Part shown: one piece after another, positions 58,931 to 64,000 of the stretch
Position numbering within the stretch: the stretch's first letter is position 1
Layout: each line of letters opens with the position of its first letter
Virus record (IMG/VR): IMGVR_UViG_3300046616_000314
Coordinates: 496,001-560,000 of that record
Direction: 5' to 3' (one strand)
Length of the DNA: 64,000 nt
Translations under genes and position numbers: made by a program
The notes under the pieces: model-generated
Database searches by the model: none
Seen by the model: only the letters and a program-made list of their open reading frames with translations
What the model was told of the DNA's origin: nothing

Positions 58931-59318
58931 GCGGGCACAACCAATTTTGGTGATCGTAATCTGAAAACTTGAGTTTCAAGAAGGCGATATCATCCATGAC
59001 CGGGACGAAGCTTCTTCCGGCAAATCGCACAAACACGGTTTCATTATTGACTCCCGTATGGAAGTGAGCCGTCCATGAAATGTTGTGGTCCGTGTGAATG
59101 AACCGAATGGAGTCTCGGGGATGCCAGGGAATACCCATGGTATATTCGCGAGACCATTCAACGCGAACGCCCGGCATGACATCTTCAACCACAGTCAGTT
59201 CTTTAATATCTTTTGCGGTTCGTTCATGAACTGAAATGACACCATGATCGTTCATGTAGCTCATGAACTTTTCGATGATGATGATGTCTTCTTCCATGAG
59301 ATCGCCATCGATTTTCAT
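58923..59318 (-). CDS. LKW-family small protein, divergent
   Basis: MDDIAFLKLKFS. Confidence 0.65.
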   Translation of the reverse strand: MKIDGDLMEEDIIIIEKFMSYMNDHGVISVHERTAKDIKELTVVEDVMPGVRVEWSREYTMGIPWHPRDSIRFIHTDHNISWTAHFHTGVNNETVFVRFAGRSFVPVMDDIAFLKLKFSDYDHQNWLCPRG

Positions 59319-59665
59319 AGCAGCAATCTCGCTTTCACCATGTCTTCTTCATTTTCAAAAAAGAAAACGAGCGCGATTATACCATTCTCGATAATACCCT
59401 CTTTGGTAACTGGACCCTTGGAAGTTTCAAACTCGAAATCCCAACGATCAACAAACGTCTTGTTTGTCAGCTTGGGAATGAAGTCATGGAAGCTTACCAA
59501 AGGATTAGGGGTACGAACCACCATCTTGAAATCTGTTCGCACACCCATATGCAAACCTTTTTTCCGAAGCTCATGACGCCATAGGAAAAGATTATAGATC
59601 GTGAACCCAGGTTGACGAGTGCGGAAAGCCGCAATCCATGAGATCGGAAAACCAAACGTGCTCAT
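59315..59665 (-). CDS. LKW-family small protein, divergent
   Basis: FFFENEEDMVKARLL. Confidence 0.65.
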   Translation of the reverse strand: MSTFGFPISWIAAFRTRQPGFTIYNLFLWRHELRKKGLHMGVRTDFKMVVRTPNPLVSFHDFIPKLTNKTFVDRWDFEFETSKGPVTKEGIIENGIIALVFFFENEEDMVKARLLL

Positions 59666-60480
59666 GCTGAAGCCGCCTTGTCTTCAGAAAGCGTCAGTGC
59701 ATGAGCGGTAATAGGAGGAAGTCGCTTACCGATGGCTTCTTTGGTCTGGCGAAGGCGTTCCATTCCCACGGCATCATTCTTGATCCAATCTTCGGCGGCG
59801 AAGATCAGCTTCATCATCGGAGAAGTATCCTTGTTGGATAGTTCTGTTCCGTCTGAGTTTTCTCTGAAATATTGATCGCGAAGATTACTAAGTGCAAGAC
59901 TGTGTGTGCGTTCAGCATTCGATGGAACATATTTCAACAATTCATCGATCTCAAACGTGATATGCCGGTCGTCGGTGCATTCGGCGACGAGAGAAATGTT
60001 TTTGAATGAATTGTAGTCGTTGTATATCATGTCAGCATACAGATTCCCGCGCTCTTTCCATTGGGTCTCTGTCATCCCATCGGGATAATTATCCGTATAG
60101 AAATACGGTTCATGGCTAACCCAAGGCAGATCGTAGAATTCCATAGCCCATGCGGTTATATTATAAGAAACATGACCGTAAACTTTGCCACGAAACGGAA
60201 TAATGAATACCGTAAAATTGAAGTCTACATCATTGCCGCCATAGCCTTTTACTTTGGATTCCAGGCGTTTCTTTTCGATTTCGTCACGAACATTCGACAG
60301 AATGTGATAAGCCGGTTTTTGTTGCATCCAAGCGGAGTCATGAATGTACGTGCATTGCTTTGCGATATGCGAAAGCTCTCCAATCCGGGTGAGATCGGTC
60401 ACGCGCTGGCGCCATGCCATCAGGTTATGATGGATGGTGGCGATGTCTCCGGTGAAGCGCACGATATTATTAGCATTCAT
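59662..60480 (-). CDS. Hypothetical protein
   Basis: 272-aa ORF at the head of the operon. Confidence 0.7.
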   Translation of the reverse strand: MNANNIVRFTGDIATIHHNLMAWRQRVTDLTRIGELSHIAKQCTYIHDSAWMQQKPAYHILSNVRDEIEKKRLESKVKGYGGNDVDFNFTVFIIPFRGKVYGHVSYNITAWAMEFYDLPWVSHEPYFYTDNYPDGMTETQWKERGNLYADMIYNDYNSFKNISLVAECTDDRHITFEIDELLKYVPSNAERTHSLALSNLRDQYFRENSDGTELSNKDTSPMMKLIFAAEDWIKNDAVGMERLRQTKEAIGKRLPPITAHALTLSEDKAASA

Positions 60481-60570
60481 CCAAGCATCGTACCGATTCG
60501 GGCTACAAAAATCAAATCGTTTAATTTGGTCAGGGCATAAATATCATCATACGCTAATTGGTGATTTTTT

Positions 60571-61524
60571 ATGCCTGATATTAATGACGCCCGCATTGAC
60601 GGCACTTCTGTTTATTTCATTCCCGATGACGCTAACGTAAGTGTCAGCGGTGAACCGACGACAGTTAAAACGGTTGAAGGTCCCCCAGGTCCGCAGGGTC
60701 CGATTGGTAACACGGGTGTCACGGGCGCATCGATCTCCAACGCGGTTGTCAATTCGACAACGGGTGCTCTGACTTTCACGCTGACTGATAACACGGTCGT
60801 TGAAGCAGGCATCGTGCCGCCCGGTCCCGCTGGTCCACAAGGACCCCAAGGCAACACGGGTGTTCAAGGTATCCAGGGTATTCAGGGCGTCCAAGGAAAC
60901 CCAGGCTCGCCCGGCATCCCAGGTATTCAGGGCATCCAAGGTCCGATTGGTAACGCGGGTGTCCAAGGTCCGCAAGGCGTTGGCGTTACGAATGCTGCTG
61001 TCAATTCTAGCACGGGTGTTCTGACTTTCACCCTATCAAATAACGCCACAGTCGTCGCAGGAACGGTCCCCGCTGGTCCTCAAGGGGTGCAGGGCATCCA
61101 AGGCATTCAAGGGCTTCCTGGCTCTCCTGGCGCGACCGGCAACACGGGTTTGACAGGCAACACGGGTCCGATTGGTCCCAAAGGTGACAACTTCGAAGTC
61201 GTCATTTCCAACAGTGCCGTATCTGGTAACTACGTCATGGACATCGGAACGTCGAACAACCTTTACAACTTGACACTAGTCGGTTCCACGAGTTTGATTT
61301 TCTCGAATGCGACACAAACAACGCGCACCTATACAGGCATCGTTGTCATTCGACAAAACGCCACAGGTGGTTACTCTGTGACTTTCCCTGCCAATTGCCG
61401 CACTCCAAATGACGAACAATACATCGTTTCCACTGCACCAAACGCGATGGACGTGTACACGTTCTTCACATTTGATGGTGGATCAACCTATCTATTGAAT
61501 CAAATCGGGCAGTATTACCAGTAA
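60571..61524 (+). CDS. Collagen-repeat fibre protein
   Basis: Two G-X-Y tracts separated by duplicated NAVVNSTTGALTFTL modules; ATAAATA at 60537. Confidence 0.85.
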   Translation: MPDINDARIDGTSVYFIPDDANVSVSGEPTTVKTVEGPPGPQGPIGNTGVTGASISNAVVNSTTGALTFTLTDNTVVEAGIVPPGPAGPQGPQGNTGVQGIQGIQGVQGNPGSPGIPGIQGIQGPIGNAGVQGPQGVGVTNAAVNSSTGVLTFTLSNNATVVAGTVPAGPQGVQGIQGIQGLPGSPGATGNTGLTGNTGPIGPKGDNFEVVISNSAVSGNYVMDIGTSNNLYNLTLVGSTSLIFSNATQTTRTYTGIVVIRQNATGGYSVTFPANCRTPNDEQYIVSTAPNAMDVYTFFTFDGGSTYLLNQIGQYYQ

Positions 61525-62795
61525 TGTTATATCGCCACATTTTAAAATTCAAGCCCAACAAGGCAACGATCACAACGAGTCCGAGTTTTTCCACGTTTAG
61601 TAATCGTGTGAACAATGGTACTGCGTATGCGCTCCCCATTGGTTCTAACGGATCGGCATTTCGGTATACTTGTGCGCAAGGTGGACAATACGTTCTCACT
61701 GGGAACGGTGCGACTCTTTTGAGCATCAGCAAATTTGATGTAAATGGTGTTCTAGAAAGTACGCCAATTTTTACCGATGATTTGATAGCCCGCTGGAATA
61801 ACCCAAGTGCAGGGTCTTACGATAGTGCATTTGCATTCATGTCTCGTAATGGGAAAACGGTAATATACGGGTTGACTCGATATAATGGCGGATTGAGAAC
61901 CACAGGTGTATTCTATTATCAGTTCAACGATTCTCTACAGGTTTTCGAGTATAAAACTTTTAGTGCAACGACACCATCCGTCGCAGGCGTCGGGCTGAAA
62001 TATGCCCTTAGCGATGATGGTACGAAAATGGCTCAGTGGTATATGAACGGTACGGATTACGCCACCGGTCAAATCAACGTCGTGGACGTTAACACAATGG
62101 CACTCATATACACGGTTCCGCTGACCAATGTCGCGGTCTCCGATATGTGTTTCATGCCGAATGACGATCTCGTAATAGCCTATGGAACCGGCGGACTATA
62201 TAATTGGCCAAAGGCTACAGTTCGCGTTTATCGGAACGCCACCACTTCGGCAAATGTGTTCGGATCGGTAACTAACCCATCCACCGATGCATCAACAACC
62301 TTACCTATTTTCCGACGTGAAAATTTTGTGACGAACAATCGTCTTTATATGTTTGGTCAGGGCGCCCCGCTCTCGTCACCGGGCGCGGTCCCAGGTGGCA
62401 CTTCCACGGGCGCCAGCATATTCGCCATGGACTACGATCCTGCGACCATGCAGTTCACCCGCGTTTACACGTCTTATGAACCGCGACGCGCAACAGACGC
62501 CGCCGTCATCAATACGGGTGGATATACGCGCCAGCCAACGACCGCCAGCCAAAATTTCTCCATTGGTCACGATGCCAACGGGAACACCTATATCTATGCC
62601 ATCGCCCCCGGAACCCCGTACAGCCAGGGCGACCAAGTTCAAGCTCTCCATAAGATCAAGAACGGCGTTGGAAGTGTTCTGAAACCATCTTACATTCCGG
62701 TCGCGGCATTCACTAACCCAATGCAAAGCGGAATGCTTCAAGCCCCCAACGGCGAAATAATCGTCCCCGGTAATATGATCAAATTCGAAAACTAA
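61524..62795 (+). CDS. Beta-rich virion protein, possible receptor-binding or propeller
   Basis: Coupled to the collagen gene; beta-strand-rich composition. Confidence 0.6.
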   Translation: MLYRHILKFKPNKATITTSPSFSTFSNRVNNGTAYALPIGSNGSAFRYTCAQGGQYVLTGNGATLLSISKFDVNGVLESTPIFTDDLIARWNNPSAGSYDSAFAFMSRNGKTVIYGLTRYNGGLRTTGVFYYQFNDSLQVFEYKTFSATTPSVAGVGLKYALSDDGTKMAQWYMNGTDYATGQINVVDVNTMALIYTVPLTNVAVSDMCFMPNDDLVIAYGTGGLYNWPKATVRVYRNATTSANVFGSVTNPSTDASTTLPIFRRENFVTNNRLYMFGQGAPLSSPGAVPGGTSTGASIFAMDYDPATMQFTRVYTSYEPRRATDAAVINTGGYTRQPTTASQNFSIGHDANGNTYIYAIAPGTPYSQGDQVQALHKIKNGVGSVLKPSYIPVAAFTNPMQSGMLQAPNGEIIVPGNMIKFEN

Positions 62796-62845
62796 GTACC
62801 TGATTTTTAACAGGAAATTATTTTATCGAAAATTTGATTTTATTA

Positions 62846-62877
62846 TTGACGCTCACTCGTCGTTATGAGATAAATAG
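62846..62877 (+). promoter_or_regulatory. Promoter of the second leader/tRNA operon
   Basis: TTGACG-N17-GATAAATAG. Confidence 0.7.
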
Positions 62878-62933
62878 AAATACGAACTGCCACTGAGGCG
62901 GCTCGCAACCCATTTTTGGAGACCACCAGTTCA

Positions 62934-63059
62934 ATGACTCGTTCGTTCCACATTGTTGCAGATATCACCAGCGCGGGCATTCCAGCCGCCGCTGTGATGA
63001 TCCGTGACTTTGCGAACCAACCCGTCAATCAACCGGGTCTCGGAGGCATGTACGTGTAA
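62934..63059 (+). CDS. Putative attenuator leader peptide MTRSFHIVADITSAGIPAAAVMIRDFANQPVNQPGLGGMYV (41 aa)
   Basis: Manual translation; GGAG upstream; followed by a terminator and then tRNAs. Confidence 0.6.
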   Translation: MTRSFHIVADITSAGIPAAAVMIRDFANQPVNQPGLGGMYV

Positions 63060-63087
63060 ACTGAATATCATCAGTTTTAGGGTACCG

Positions 63088-63122
63088 AGCCTCCTGAACG
63101 TAAAGTTCTGGGGGCTTTTTTA
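63088..63122 (+). terminator. Attenuator terminator upstream of tRNA-Ile
   Basis: AGCCTCCTGAAC-GTAAA-GTTCTGGGGGCT followed by a T run. Confidence 0.8.
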
Positions 63123-63141
63123 ATGCCCGAAATCCTGATGG

Positions 63142-63217
63142 GGTCCTTTAGCTCAGTTGGTAGAGCATCGTCTTGATAAGGCGAGGGTCGCTGGTTCAAG
63201 TCCAGCAGGGACTACCA
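63142..63217 (+). tRNA. tRNA-Ile(GAT)
   Basis: TCGTC-TTGATAA-GGCGA; CCA. Confidence 0.95.
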
Positions 63218-63257
63218 AATTTTTAACTCTAACCGGAAGCCTTATCAACTTCCAAGT

Positions 63258-63332
63258 GGTGCTGTAGCTCAGTGGGAGAGCATCGGGTTGTCAGTCCGAG
63301 GGTCGCGGGTTCAATCCCCGTCAGCACCGCCA
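63258..63332 (+). tRNA. tRNA-Asp(GTC)
   Basis: TCGGG-TTGTCAG-TCCGA; CCA. Confidence 0.95.
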
Positions 63333-63745
63333 CTTTCGCAGAGGAAGAAATTCCAATGCAAAATTTTCTGATTTGCCTCCCCGGCTGTTTCGATGACCGG
63401 GGAGGCAGGTAAGGAAATGGTCTTTGACATAACACTCATACTTTTTGAGTGCCTGAATATTATCAGATGGGAACAGTGCCGTTCCTGTGCATGGGAATCA
63501 TTTCGTGCTTAGCAGTCTGATATGGGAAGAAATACAGTCACCAAGCCCTGTAGGCTTGTTCTGACTGTTGGCAACTCCACCCGCCTACGGGCGTTTCGGG
63601 CACTTTAATAGTATGAGCGTTGTGTCGGTCTTTGACATTGTTGAAAAAACAAACAGTACACCCCGCCGTGGCGACGATGATCGCGGCGGGGTGACAGGAA
63701 AGTTGCGCCAAGTATCAACCGTGGTACTTCGCATAACTTTTCTGT

Positions 63746-63819
63746 TGGGGAATGGTGTAATGGTAACACGCTGGGCTTTGGTCTCAGAATTCTAGGTTCG
63801 AGTCCTAGTTCCCCAACCA
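63746..63819 (+). tRNA. tRNA-Gln(TTG)
   Basis: CTGGG-CTTTGGT-CTCAG; CCA. Confidence 0.93.
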
Positions 63820-64000
63820 TTTAAGTTATTACTATTGCTTGAAGGAAACTTCAAGCTCAAAGTCGCGGGAAGGACAAGATAGTTAGTCACCAGCCTCATA
63901 AGCTGGAATATCTGGTAGATGCGAGCACTACTCCCGCTCCCAACTCGGCACGGTGATGAACCGGTAAGTCCAAGCGAATGAAGGTCCGACATAGCGGTTG

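Noticed and set aside
63229-63992. ORFs over the right-hand tRNA operon
   Set aside because: They overlap tRNA-Asp and tRNA-Gln and structured spacers; no coding signature.

Overview
A 64-kb segment of a lytic jumbo myophage with T4/Rak2-like gene content, probably infecting an alphaproteobacterium (alphaproteobacterial-type SerRS and TyrRS, a BTLCP protease, intergenic TTAACCAT CtrA-type motifs). It encodes tail sheath, tail tube, gp4-like head completion, large terminase, gp32-like SSB, UvsX, UvsY, fibre proteins, putative spanins, SerRS, TyrRS, MazG, NUDIX, Dps, two ADP-ribosyltransferase-like proteins, 13 tRNAs and about 27 paralogues of a small 'F.xEEDA..F.LKW' family. The most striking signal is two tRNA operons, each preceded by the same promoter architecture, a short leader ORF and a terminator/antiterminator switch. 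In the first (58021-58113) nine consecutive leader codons are read only by the six tRNAs encoded immediately downstream, and all six are represented. This suggests ribosome-stalling attenuators that release phage tRNAs when the matching host tRNAs are depleted. A second highlight is a 1.3-1.7 kb ORF-free, promoter- and terminator-bounded, internally repeated structured RNA locus (46561-48297). All calls come from reading the sequence; no searches or folding programs were run.
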